Of a DNA stretch of 64,000 bases, positions 7,458 to 17,686 are shown in pieces. The first letter of the stretch is position 1. Every line of letters begins with the position of its first letter. The stretch lies in the sequence record NC_020851.1, one strand, 5' to 3'. Under the pieces are notes generated by a model, which was not told the origin of the DNA, ran no database searches, and was given only the letters and a program-made list of their open reading frames with translations. Position numbers and translations under genes: made by a program.

Positions 7458-7592
7458 GACTTGTTGGAAAACAGTTTTATATTTATAATCATATTTAAAA
7501 CCTATTTTTTAACTCATAATGTAACAATCGATACAAAATACATAGTTTAGTCATGTAATCAATAGTATAAGGCATCTAGGAACACTTATGGG

Positions 7593-7784
7593 TTAGTTGA
7601 CATGAATAGTTAGAGTTTTACCATCTGATGACAAACCTATGGAGCAGTGAGTGAGTTCCGGTCTAATCTCTCTATGACTAACAGTAGCACCCTTGTGATA
7701 ATGGGACGAATGATCAACAACTAACTCTTCAACACTTGATAGTATTGTTGCATAGATTTCATTTGAATCAATTATGTACTTCAT
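7593..7784 (-). CDS. Hypothetical protein
   Basis: 63-aa ORF overlapping the stop codon of the upstream gene. Confidence 0.5.
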   Translation of the reverse strand: MKYIIDSNEIYATILSSVEELVVDHSSHYHKGATVSHREIRPELTHCSIGLSSDGKTLTIHVN

Positions 7785-8470
7785 TTTTTATCACCAAATA
7801 GTTTGTTCATATAATCAAGCACATCATCATTAACAGTATCATTAATAGATGCATCTACTACATCATCAATAGCATTACCTGTCAATACACTCTTAGTTGC
7901 AGAAGCAGTAATTAGAAATGCCTTAAGTTTATCCTTCGTCTTATCTTCTTTCTTCTTTCTTTTTATGGCAACGATTTCATCAATACGACTTTGAATCTTT
8001 TCATTCAGAGTAGAATTAAATCCTACCTTTGACATATCATGCAATCTGAGGAATTCCTCAGATAAAGTTTCTCTCAGAAAGATTGGTGAATTGATATAAC
8101 AATCAATCAGATCATCAGGAAGATGAACATTCAAATATAATTTTGGATGACATGTGTTTTCATCATTCATATATAAAAACCCAGAACGATGAGTATCATA
8201 AATGGCACGAAGGATTTCTTCATCATCAGATGTTTTTGCCCATTCACCAATTATTGTTCTATCTTCTTTCCAAACATAAAGCAAACAAATAGGTCCTCGC
8301 CTCTTAGAATACTGTGCTTTCCATTCAGGAAGAGAATGTTCTTTATAAATTTCTGACGTAATTGTTGCTTCTTTAATAACATACAGAATTAATTCTTTTT
8401 CTGTTGCAAATAATGGGTCTGGGTCTGGAACTGAATTAGATTCGGTCTGATGAGAAAAGAAGTTAAACAT
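7781..8470 (-). CDS. Hypothetical protein (about 229 aa)
   Basis: Long ORF; probable start MFNFFSH at 8470, because the ORF-track start lies inside the promoter motif TATAAGGCATCTATGTGCCC. Confidence 0.6.
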   Translation of the reverse strand: MFNFFSHQTESNSVPDPDPLFATEKELILYVIKEATITSEIYKEHSLPEWKAQYSKRRGPICLLYVWKEDRTIIGEWAKTSDDEEILRAIYDTHRSGFLYMNDENTCHPKLYLNVHLPDDLIDCYINSPIFLRETLSEEFLRLHDMSKVGFNSTLNEKIQSRIDEIVAIKRKKKEDKTKDKLKAFLITASATKSVLTGNAIDDVVDASINDTVNDDVLDYMNKLFGDKK

Positions 8471-8534
8471 GTGTTTGTTTTGTATGTGATTATTATAGGG
8501 CATCTATGTGCCCTATGGTGGTTCAGTGGTCAGC

Positions 8535-8725
8535 TTATGAATTGGCAAGCATATGATATTGCAGAATGGTAAGAAATGTTATAAGAGGAAGAAACATAAT
8601 AATTCCTTGTAAGACCTGATTTTTAATCATTTCCATTACAAAAAAATCCATCCAACAACAAGACCGGTAAAAAACAGGACAACTGCCACATGACCAATTG
8701 CCTGTAAAAGAATTCCAAAATCCAT
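8535..8725 (-). CDS. Small two-TM membrane protein, paralog of the 14038 ORF (one homopolymer frameshift)
   Basis: Restoring one T gives MDFGILLQAIGHVAVVLFFTGLVVGWIFFVMEMIKNQVLQGIIMFLPL..., collinear with MDFGILLKAIGAMAF...MIKNPILQGVIVPLPL. Confidence 0.6.
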
Positions 8726-8972
8726 AATTGAGGTTGTTTGGTATGTAATGAGTATAAGGCATCTATGTGCCCTGTGGAACGTTAGGTGGACAGTTTAGGG
8801 ATTGTCTAATTTTGATTTCGTATCAGTTGACTATCATTTTTTTTACAATACCATTAAGAAAAAATCCAACGATAAAAAAGAATATGACCGAAATTGGATC
8901 CATGATTGTTTGTTTGAACTGAAGTCATCATACAATAAAAACCACCCCTGTGAAAAGGTGGTGTGACAGTTC

Positions 8973-11832
8973 TTAATCTGTCTCATAGATACTCTTTCGA
9001 CTCTTTACATAAGTAAGATCCTTCCATTGATGCGGATAGCACAATAACAAAGTATGAATGAACTTATGTTTCTCCTCACGGGTATACTCACAGTTTGGTT
9101 TTGGTTTTACTCCTGTCTCAATCGTAATGTACAAACTATCAACAAAATAAACCCATCCTTCATGTATACTACCATTCTTATTCCATCTTACATAATCATT
9201 CACCTTTGGTTGATAAGTCATGAGAACAATAGTGCCTCTAATGGATTTAGGTTCTTTTGCATCGAACTATAAGGTGTCGTATCCTTAATAGAAACTTCCT
9301 TACCTACCTTCTTTGAATTAATCGGAGCATAATACTTTCCCTTCTTTGATGAATAAAATCCCCATATTGACTTAGGTGGTGTATTCCTATAAGAGAACAA
9401 TCCATGATTAATGATCCATATGGCATCATACCTTGCATTAAATGATTCAAATGAATAAGAAAAACCTTCGGGTGGTAGATGTGGGAAATCAATCATGATA
9501 CTTTGGTGATTTTAATTCTTTTGGGGTTAATACCATCATCTAATAAACTATTATAAATTTGCTCACATTCTTCCTTAGTAAGTGATGTTCTTACTTCGTG
9601 CCATCCTGATGTTGATTCCTCTTCAATTTTGTATAACGGAGTTTCCATACTATTCAGTAACCATTGCACTAATTATACCACATTCATAATCATCCGACAA
9701 CTTTAACTTGGATGCATTTGTAATCTCATTCATCAGTGCATCAGTATCACTCTCCTGAAACTTAATCTCAGGGTCTGCAATCACAAGAGAAAATGCTCTC
9801 ATATCATTCTCTGCAATTAATACAATTAACCCGGATAAAGACCAATGATCAATCAAATACACATACTTACTCATAAGAACTCCTTCATAAGATAATCAAC
9901 CGTAACTTCCATCTTGGCAGCAGTATTCTCTAAAAATTCATCTAATACTTCAGGAGCATCTTCCTTAACTACATGATACCATGAATACCATAACTCTGGA
10001 TTCGTCTGTGGTGTGACTTTAGAAAGATTGGTCAACATAAGATTCATAATTGAGTTCGACGTTTGTTGTGTCTAATGTAGCATAATAATCATACAACCGA
10101 TCATACAAGGTGTCAATACTACCTGATGATCGATTGATCTGTATCTCATCAATACTCTCCACTAATTCAAGTGCCTTGAGTATAATATCCAATTCATGTA
10201 CATTCAGTTCGATGTTAACTTCTGTCTTTTTCATTCATTATCTCCTTTAATTGCCATATGGTTTCTTTCATTGTAGCCCGTGCATAACCAGTCGCATAAG
10301 GATAACCTTTGTTTTTATCCTTACCAACATCATAACATACTTGAATTGCATCTTCAAGTCTTTCAATCATATGAGATACATTCATGAGTTTTCCTCCTGT
10401 TGTTCTTTCTTAAGTTTCTTGGCAAGTTTTGCAACCTTTCCCCATTCTTCAAAGTAAACAGCATCTGATAATTGTAAAAAGAGAGGGATTGGTTCTTTTG
10501 GTCCTCTCATTCCTTTCCACATTAGATCTCTAAATTCACCCATACCTCCTTCATCCTGTTGATCTAACCATCTAAGACATTCTTCCATTTGATCTCCACG
10601 ACCTTTGTCATATGCAGATCGTAGGTCATGAACGTCATATGAAGATCTGATGTTTTCAAAATTACACACCATCCCATTTGATCCTGAGTTGAATATATTG
10701 GGGTCTAGGCAATCTACAATTTTTTGGGGTTTCGTCTAGTCATCAGTTGTTCTCCTCGGTCACGTCTACCACTTCAGATTTATATTCAACGCGTCTTTTA
10801 GTGGACTCTTTGTTCCTCTCCCACCGGATAATATGTTGCAACCTGTGGCTGTAAGACATTGGGTCTTGTACAAAAAACTGCTCTATGGTCAGGTCAGCCA
10901 AGAGTTTTTCTGTTTCAGACCGTATCTCCTTTTCAAGTTGAAGGGTTAAATCTGTAACGACTACATCTGTAATTTTTTGTTTAATTAAATCTAGACATCT
11001 CTCAGTTGCTAAATCCAGAACAGAAAAAGTTTCTTGTGCCGATTGGTGTTGTTGATTAGTCATGATAATTCAATTGGTTGTGATTTGAAATACAGTCCGG
11101 CAATTTGCATCATATCAATTAACTTTGATTGTATCTCCTCTAATTGTTCTGCATCTACATTATCATCCCAAAAATCTACAATCTCAAACTCATCAAAGTT
11201 TAATACTAACTGGTCAAATGGAACACGGAATAATTCACCCTCACTACAAACCGTATACATGCAATCATGTTCCTCAACTGTTAAAAATACACCAGAAAAA
11301 GTTAAATCAGTCATTAGAAATCAAGAGCAAGTTGTTCAAATTCAAGATGGTCACAGCACGTATCATCATCGTGCAAATCAATCATGTCCGTGTCTGTGTG
11401 CTTAAAGAGTTTGTCAAACAAGTCATTCACGAACTCTTGATTCGATTGTTGTTGAGTCATAGTTCTGAAACAGTTTGGAATCACGTTGTGCTAAGAATAG
11501 CAAATAAACACTGAGAGCAAATGTAATACAAATGCCACTCAGCACATACTGAATTACTTTCATCAACCTACTGCCATAGGAGCATACTCTGAACGTGGCA
11601 TTTGATCTAGGTTGAAGTCAGTTACCACCGCACCATTCGCAATACGTGTGTCCCACTCATTACGTGCCGTCAGTGCCGTCACAGTTGAATAAGACTTGAG
11701 ACCATTCTTATTAAATGTGACACGTTTCTGAAAACGTTTGACTGTTACAATCATTCCTTTGTCTTCATCTGCCTCGGCAATGAATGCCTCAGGAAAGAAA
11801 TCAACCGTGGTGACGAGTGTGGTGAGTTGCAT
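8973..11832 (-). other. Run of small conserved or hypothetical cyanophage early ORFs (8973-9221, 9218-9496, 9650-9874, 10019-10234, 10382-10672, 10743-11063, 11060-11314, 11314-11460, 11563-11832)
   Basis: Tightly packed co-oriented ORFs with overlapping stop/start codons; no recognisable catalytic motifs. Confidence 0.65.
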
Positions 11833-11862
11833 GTGAGTGGTGTTCCCTTGTTTACCTCTATA

Positions 11863-12786
11863 TTATAAGGCATACAGAGCACTCTCCAAGGGGTTCTGTG
11901 ACAGTTCCTCATCTGTCATACGACCTCTTGCTATTTCTGTATAGTGTTCACTAAGATCTATACCAACAAAGTTTCTATATTGTCTTATGGCAGAGACTCC
12001 AGTGGTGCCACTACCACAAAATGGGTCAAGGACAATAGAATTGGCAGGAGAATAGATCTTAATAAGATATTCCATTAATGATACTGGTTTAACTGTAGGA
12101 TGATCATTATTTTCCCCCTTTTCTTTCTTTGTTGCTCTTGGTGCATAAAAATATTTTTGCTCAGAAGGTTGTACTTCACCAATAATATTCATTGGATAAC
12201 GTCCTGCAGCATTACCACCGGTAGTTTCTTTTGGTATTGGTTCATTTGTAGATGGATCAATCCAATATTCTTCTTTAGTTTCAATATTACATGCCTTATT
12301 CTGAATACCACCAAATACTCTACGTTTCTCACCACCTTTGATCCATCCTGTTGGTGGTTTACCATCCCATGGCACTCTGCTATTCTCAATATCAATTAGA
12401 CCACAACCCCATTTCTCATGATTCTCTTTGAGAGAACCTTCGTAAGGTTTCTGTCCTACTACAATCGGTTCGTGTGCTGGTTTCAATCTATTATATTTTG
12501 CCATCTTTGTGGTTGTCATCCACATAATCTGATCTTTAATAACAAACCCGGCATCCTCTACATTACATGCCAATCGATGATATAATTCCGGAGAACAAAA
12601 TGCAAGACAAAAAGCACCTGGTCGCAAAGTTCTATAAACCTCACGCCAGATGTCTACATCGGGAACAGAATGATCCCAATGATCCATACCCATACCATAT
12701 GGGGGATCAGTGATACATGAATGGAAATAGTTCTCCCCATAAGTGGAGAGAACTTCTTTACAATTACCAGTTATAATTGAGTACAT
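11863..12786 (-). CDS. N4-C/N6-A DNA methyltransferase (beta class)
   Basis: Catalytic CITDPPYG near the N-terminus, HPTVKP, and SAM-binding VLDPFCGSGTTG near the C-terminus; probable start MYSIITGNC at 12786 overlaps the upstream gene. Confidence 0.9.
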   Translation of the reverse strand: MYSIITGNCKEVLSTYGENYFHSCITDPPYGMGMDHWDHSVPDVDIWREVYRTLRPGAFCLAFCSPELYHRLACNVEDAGFVIKDQIMWMTTTKMAKYNRLKPAHEPIVVGQKPYEGSLKENHEKWGCGLIDIENSRVPWDGKPPTGWIKGGEKRRVFGGIQNKACNIETKEEYWIDPSTNEPIPKETTGGNAAGRYPMNIIGEVQPSEQKYFYAPRATKKEKGENNDHPTVKPVSLMEYLIKIYSPANSIVLDPFCGSGTTGVSAIRQYRNFVGIDLSEHYTEIARGRMTDEELSQNPLESALYAL

Positions 12787-13294
12787 TAGATTCGCACTGT
12801 TGACGTTCAAAGTGTTTGAAGTAGTCTTTTTTACCCGCACCATTTTGAACATACATGTTGCGGATATAAAAATCAAAACCACGGGAATCTTCCTGCCATT
12901 CTTCATCCATTTGATGAAGTTTCAGAACTGCATTCAATTCTTCAGTTAGATTATTGAACTGTTGACGTTTCTTGGTAGAAACTACATCATCGGCAAAGAA
13001 GATTGTTGTTTGATTATAACGATTACTGCTAAAGATGTAAACAACACCTCCTTTCGGCAATCCACCATTATAAGTGGGAAAAGTTTGCTTAGAAGACTTA
13101 CACTCAATGTCAACGGTTTTACCGTTTTCAAGGAAAACTCGGAAGTCTGGTGAGTTGTGGGTTCCGTTAGGTTGAGCAATATATCGGAATCCGTGCTTAA
13201 TCAACAGATCCTCTACCTGCTGTTCATGAAATGGATTGTCCTGAGAATTAGACTTGTAAGGGAGGAGCAGAACCTCTTGCCAGAATTTTTTCAT
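12764..13294 (-). CDS. PD-(D/E)XK endonuclease, probable type II restriction enzyme
   Basis: SPDFRV...VDIECKSSK motif; translationally coupled to the MTase. Confidence 0.7.
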   Translation of the reverse strand: MKKFWQEVLLLPYKSNSQDNPFHEQQVEDLLIKHGFRYIAQPNGTHNSPDFRVFLENGKTVDIECKSSKQTFPTYNGGLPKGGVVYIFSSNRYNQTTIFFADDVVSTKKRQQFNNLTEELNAVLKLHQMDEEWQEDSRGFDFYIRNMYVQNGAGKKDYFKHFERQQCESNVLNYNW

Positions 13295-13407
13295 GTTGAA
13301 CTCGGACTTGATTGCCCGTTGTTTGTTTACCTTGTTATTATAACCCCATATTGCCCGGAGGTCAAGGAGTTTTGGAAGAATTGACCCGGTTTGCCGACTG
13401 GCACACT

Positions 13408-13833
13408 CTATTTCTCATTTAACCACAGATCATATAGCCTTACTTCTTCTTCCCGTGCCTCAATTTCATGTGGTTGATCCTTATAATCGTAATTTTGCAC
13501 TGGTTCGAGTGAATAACACAATTTTCCATATCGGGATCGCAGGTCACCACGTATCCACTGTGCCAGATGGGTCAGTTCATGAAAAAGAGTTTTTACATAC
13601 GTTTCCTTATCCATATGTGCCTGAAGTTCAATCAGGAAGTGTCGTGGTCGATAATATCCATCCATCACATCACAATACCCAACAACACCTTCACGTTTCA
13701 GTCCTTTATGAATAATATCCACATCAATTTTATGTCGTGGAAAGTATTCATTCAAAAACCAAGAGGTAACATCCTCACAGATGATCTTAGAATAACCGTA
13801 TCCAAAATGGTAGATGCTAGACATGTTCCCCAA
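13408..13833 (-). CDS. Zincin-like metallopeptidase-family protein
   Basis: HELTH (HExxH) followed by PHEIEAR. Confidence 0.65.
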   Translation of the reverse strand: MGNMSSIYHFGYGYSKIICEDVTSWFLNEYFPRHKIDVDIIHKGLKREGVVGYCDVMDGYYRPRHFLIELQAHMDKETYVKTLFHELTHLAQWIRGDLRSRYGKLCYSLEPVQNYDYKDQPHEIEAREEEVRLYDLWLNEK

Positions 13834-14037
13834 TGTAAAAACCAGATAAAAGATGAGACGAATAAAAGTTTTTCTTTTGATGTCATGCTGGTGTTACACT
13901 CCATTCATCAGTTGGAACCATTGTGTCAATGACATGCTTAACATTTTCAATTCCGTAAACTACAACCTCCTGAGTTGAAGTGTAACCATTTTTCTTCTCA
14001 CGTTTCCATGAGACAATCCATCGATCACAAGATACTT

Positions 14038-14235
14038 TCATTGTTGAACTGCGGCAATTGTGTGATAAAACATGTAGACACCAAATGATAGAAGAGGAAG
14101 AGGAACAATAACTCCTTGTAAGATAGGATTTTTAATCATATGGACACAAAACATAATCCATCCGACAAAAATACCAGCCGTGGCAACAATGAATGCCATG
14201 GCACCAATTGCCTTAAGAAGAATACCAAAATCCAT
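14038..14235 (-). CDS. Small membrane protein
   Basis: Hydrophobic ORF from MDFGILL; approximate start. Confidence 0.55.
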   Translation of the reverse strand: MDFGILLKAIGAMAFIVATAGIFVGWIMFCVHMIKNPILQGVIVPLPLLSFGVYMFYHTIAAVQQ

Positions 14236-14237
14236 GA

Positions 14238-14627
14238 TCAAGCACCCTGATAGTATGCGTTGCGGTAGAGATATCCACCTGCCCAATCACAATTCTCCAA
14301 CACAAACTCACGTTCTTCGATGATTAGCAGATTGAAACGCACTCCTTTTGCTGGTGCTTTGATTGATGCTGCCTTGTATACTTCACCAGTTTTCTTATCA
14401 ATGAAGGCATGAACTGATTCAGTTTGACCATCGACACACTGCATCACTTTGTGATACTTGCGACCAGAAATCAGTGCATAAGAATAGTTGCGACCACTAT
14501 TTGGATACTGACGTTGATGACTTTGCTGGAGAGCATCACAAAGCATCAGACCATACTTGGTGACATTCAACTGAATGGTGTTCTGAGCATCTTTCTGGGC
14601 AACGTAGTCGGTGAAGGTGGCAGTCAT
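14238..14627 (-). CDS. Conserved cyanophage early protein
   Basis: VHAFIDKKTGEVYKAASIKAPAKGVRFNL motif; probable start MTATF. Confidence 0.7.
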   Translation of the reverse strand: MTATFTDYVAQKDAQNTIQLNVTKYGLMLCDALQQSHQRQYPNSGRNYSYALISGRKYHKVMQCVDGQTESVHAFIDKKTGEVYKAASIKAPAKGVRFNLLIIEEREFVLENCDWAGGYLYRNAYYQGA

Positions 14628-14683
14628 GGTGTTATCTGAACTGTGTTCAGTATAAAGGATTTTGGTGGGGTTTGGTAGAGCAA

Positions 14684-15139
14684 TCATGACACTTTACTAA
14701 CTGGCACAGAAAGAGTTGCTTCAACTTCTTTAATGTTCAAACCACAGAGTTGATTGTAAACTCGATTGACAATGAGATCGGTGGCTCTCTTAGCACGACT
14801 GGTCTCATACCAAATAGTCGTGCAACCATCATAAGTCTCAACACGAATACGGTAGGTCTTGGTGACAGTCATGGGTGGTTTCCCTTGTATGAATGTATTA
14901 TAGAGCATCCTGAGAGGGTTTCAGGATGCTGTGTGACACTTGCCTGACTGTTACATCGCAAGAGATGCGGCACAATCAGAGATTTCTTTCATTCCTTCCT
15001 TGTCAGTCTCTATGTAGAGAAGACCGCATTCATCAATCCACCACCCTTTGATGTAGGCAGTATCTATGTGCATGGTCACGTCGTTGTTGTTTTTGTTGCC
15101 GATTCCACTTGTGAATCCGATACCTTTTGAGTAACTCAT
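14684..15139 (-). other. Two small hypothetical ORFs (14684-about 14872 and 14951-15139)
   Basis: Short co-oriented ORFs separated by an early-promoter hairpin. Confidence 0.5.
14895..14940 (-). promoter_or_regulatory. Early promoter containing a stem-loop (near-identical copy at about 15578-15625)
   Basis: TATAAT -10, 10-bp stem AGCATCCTGA/TCAGGATGCT, and an upstream GTGTCACA element. Confidence 0.7.
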
Positions 15140-15555
15140 TAGACTGCCAGTGCTCCAGCAGGGATTTCCACAGGTTCTGGTGCTACCATATCTTCAAACT
15201 GATGCATGTCATAAGCAAACCAGTTACCATTACGGAAGATATAGGAGTATTCTTCACCATCAGAGAAAAACTCTTCCATATCTTTATCAAGACGTGGTGC
15301 ATTATCTTCAAGAGATTCACCACGCATAGTATAATACAGAGCACCAGTCTCAGGCAGAGTTTCATTACTCCAACCGGCATTAGTCCAGGTGCAGGACATA
15401 TTACCACCGTCAATCAGTCCTTTTACTTTCTCAACGGTATCATAGTTATCACGCAGAACTTTACCATTGAACGCAGGATAACCATCATAATGACAATAAA
15501 CAGAAACGATGCTCTGATCTTGAAGTTCGATACCAATTCTGCTGCGGGTGCCCAT
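15139..15555 (-). CDS. Conserved phage protein with MGTRSRIG...YCHYDGY motif
   Basis: Recognisable N-terminal motif family of unknown function. Confidence 0.7.
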   Translation of the reverse strand: MGTRSRIGIELQDQSIVSVYCHYDGYPAFNGKVLRDNYDTVEKVKGLIDGGNMSCTWTNAGWSNETLPETGALYYTMRGESLEDNAPRLDKDMEEFFSDGEEYSYIFRNGNWFAYDMHQFEDMVAPEPVEIPAGALAV

Positions 15556-15622
15556 GGTGCCTTTGCTTGATTACCTCTATATTATAGAGCATCCTGAGAG
15601 GGTTTCAAGATGCTGTGTGCCA

Positions 15623-16087
15623 CTAAAAGAACTGTTCTACTCCCTGTGCTTCACCGAAACTGTAATCATATTTTAGAGCATCGTAGCAAATGTAGTGCGG
15701 GTGATCGACAGATACCCCCAGACGTTGACACATTTCAGCATGATTGTCTTCCATAAGCTCAACGGCATAGAGCATGTTGTTGATGATGTGATCATAATCG
15801 TGATATTCAATCAGTTTATCACGCAGAGCAATCATAAAATTACCAGAACCAGCAGAATTATCAAGAAATGTAGACTCTGGGTTCTTCAGTCTTTCTTCTG
15901 GCAAACTATTTACCATTTGACGACATACTTCAATCGGTGTGAATACTTCTTGAGTAACTTTGATGCGTTCATCAGATCTCTCAATCGAAGATCCCACCTC
16001 CTGATTGTGTTTGTTTTTGGTATTCTTCGATGATTTCACCTTTTGAGACGTGGTTTCTTCCATTTGTGTTTGCACCAATTCTAACAA
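15623..16087 (-). CDS. SAM-binding half of a gamma-class amino-methyltransferase
   Basis: QEVFTP (motif X), FLDNSAGSGNF (motif I), LYAVEL (II), CYDAL (III); no NPPY. Confidence 0.75.
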   Translation of the reverse strand: MLELVQTQMEETTSQKVKSSKNTKNKHNQEVGSSIERSDERIKVTQEVFTPIEVCRQMVNSLPEERLKNPESTFLDNSAGSGNFMIALRDKLIEYHDYDHIINNMLYAVELMEDNHAEMCQRLGVSVDHPHYICYDALKYDYSFGEAQGVEQFF

Positions 16088-17360
16088 GTTCTTCCTCCAA
16101 TGATATCAAAGTTTCTACTACATTTTCATTCTTTGCCTGTATAAAGAAATGATCAAGTTGCTCACCTTTCTTAGGCAAATACTTCTCAAACTTAGACCTA
16201 ATCATTCTACCAGCATTGCCAGAACGAATAATAACAAGATCTACCCGCACTTTACCAGTCACGACATCCTTATAATCAAGGAAATCAAAGTCTGGGTGAT
16301 TAGTAATAATCTCAATTTTCTGCCTATGATTATCACCAATACGCCACTCTTGAATAGCAGCATGAATACCAACAGGGAAAGTGCCCTTCTCACAGTCAAC
16401 ATCACTCACACACTCAAGATATGGATTACGTTTGATAATCTTGTTCTGACTACCATTCTTTCTCAAAGAGATAGGCACAATCTGAAGAATCATACCATCA
16501 TCTTTCAGTGTTTCAGAGGACTTTGCCAGAAAATCTATAGCAAGATTGCCACCATTACCGTAAGGATAGTTACCAATAACTACATCAAACTTTTTCTTCA
16601 TATCAAAAAACTCTTCTTCGGTAATAAGATTGATGTCATCAAATTTATTCCCCAACAGTTCTTTACATCCATAGAAATACTCATAGTCTTTTTCAGTATA
16701 TATGTTACTGAAACCTTGCTGAACAAGGTAGTCACAGAACCGACCATAAGCATCCTTTGGAATATAAATCATAGCATCTTTCGGCAAATGTTGCAACTGA
16801 TCGCACATATCATATACTGCAAAACGTTGTGGGATGCGAAACATATCCTCCTCACGTTTCTTTGCCTTCTTCTGCTCTATGCTAGGACTAATGCCAAACA
16901 TCTTCTCAAAGTTATAGTAATAATCATTCAATTTCTGAATCTCATTACCAAGAATAAAGAGTGCTGTGTCAAGATCCTTAATATTAGCATTAGATACTAG
17001 CTCTGGAGATCCACCATAAGGATTTTTAATAAAACCATATTTTCGCATAACTTCCCTAATCTCATGGTCTTTAAGATCTGGATGCACATCCCAAGAATCA
17101 TGAAATATAGGTTTGTCTGGACATTTGGAATAATCACCATCAGAGAATCGACTCATACATTCACCTACAACCCTTTTTCCATTATCTCTAGCTGGGTCAG
17201 TTTGACCAATATAAAAACAAAAGTCCCTCAAACCAAGAGCAATTAGTTCAATCCAACTTTCAAATTGGTGACAATAGATTCGATTCTTTTTCTCAGTCAT
17301 AGTCACATCAGAATAAAAAGGTTCATTCCCACGAATTACATCAACCAGTGCGTTAGACAT
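15981..17360 (-). CDS. Methyltransferase catalytic half plus TRD, with an N-terminal GIY-YIG-like region
   Basis: FDVVIGNYPY (motif IV variant), LKDDGMILQIVP (VI), GTFP (VIII); N-terminal FCFYIGQT. Confidence 0.65.
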   Translation of the reverse strand: MSNALVDVIRGNEPFYSDVTMTEKKNRIYCHQFESWIELIALGLRDFCFYIGQTDPARDNGKRVVGECMSRFSDGDYSKCPDKPIFHDSWDVHPDLKDHEIREVMRKYGFIKNPYGGSPELVSNANIKDLDTALFILGNEIQKLNDYYYNFEKMFGISPSIEQKKAKKREEDMFRIPQRFAVYDMCDQLQHLPKDAMIYIPKDAYGRFCDYLVQQGFSNIYTEKDYEYFYGCKELLGNKFDDINLITEEEFFDMKKKFDVVIGNYPYGNGGNLAIDFLAKSSETLKDDGMILQIVPISLRKNGSQNKIIKRNPYLECVSDVDCEKGTFPVGIHAAIQEWRIGDNHRQKIEIITNHPDFDFLDYKDVVTGKVRVDLVIIRSGNAGRMIRSKFEKYLPKKGEQLDHFFIQAKNENVVETLISLEEELVRIGANTNGRNHVSKGEIIEEYQKQTQSGGGIFD

Positions 17361-17437
17361 TACAAAATTTCTTTCTACAATTATACAATAAAAAAGACCC
17401 TGTAAGGGTCAGTGTGACACTTCTCAAACTGTCCCAA

Positions 17438-17665
17438 TCAGTCTTCATAAACTAGACATTCGGGTTCTGATGGATTGGCATCACAATACAGTTCTAATGG
17501 TGTCGGGTCATGATGATCACCTGCCTCAATCTCTGCCTTATGATGTTCTACATAATCTTCTAGTTCATGTAGTTCACCTTCAATATGTCTCCTTTGTTGT
17601 GGAGAAATTGTTGGGTTTTCAAGGATTTCTTTGTCCTTTGCGATATGGGTTTCGATATTTTCCAT
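17438..17665 (-). CDS. cp12: CP12 Calvin-cycle inhibitor
   Basis: C-terminal PLELYCDANPSEPECLVYED signature. Confidence 0.9.
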   Translation of the reverse strand: MENIETHIAKDKEILENPTISPQQRRHIEGELHELEDYVEHHKAEIEAGDHHDPTPLELYCDANPSEPECLVYED

Positions 17666-17686
17666 TGTGTTATTGTTTTTCTGTTT

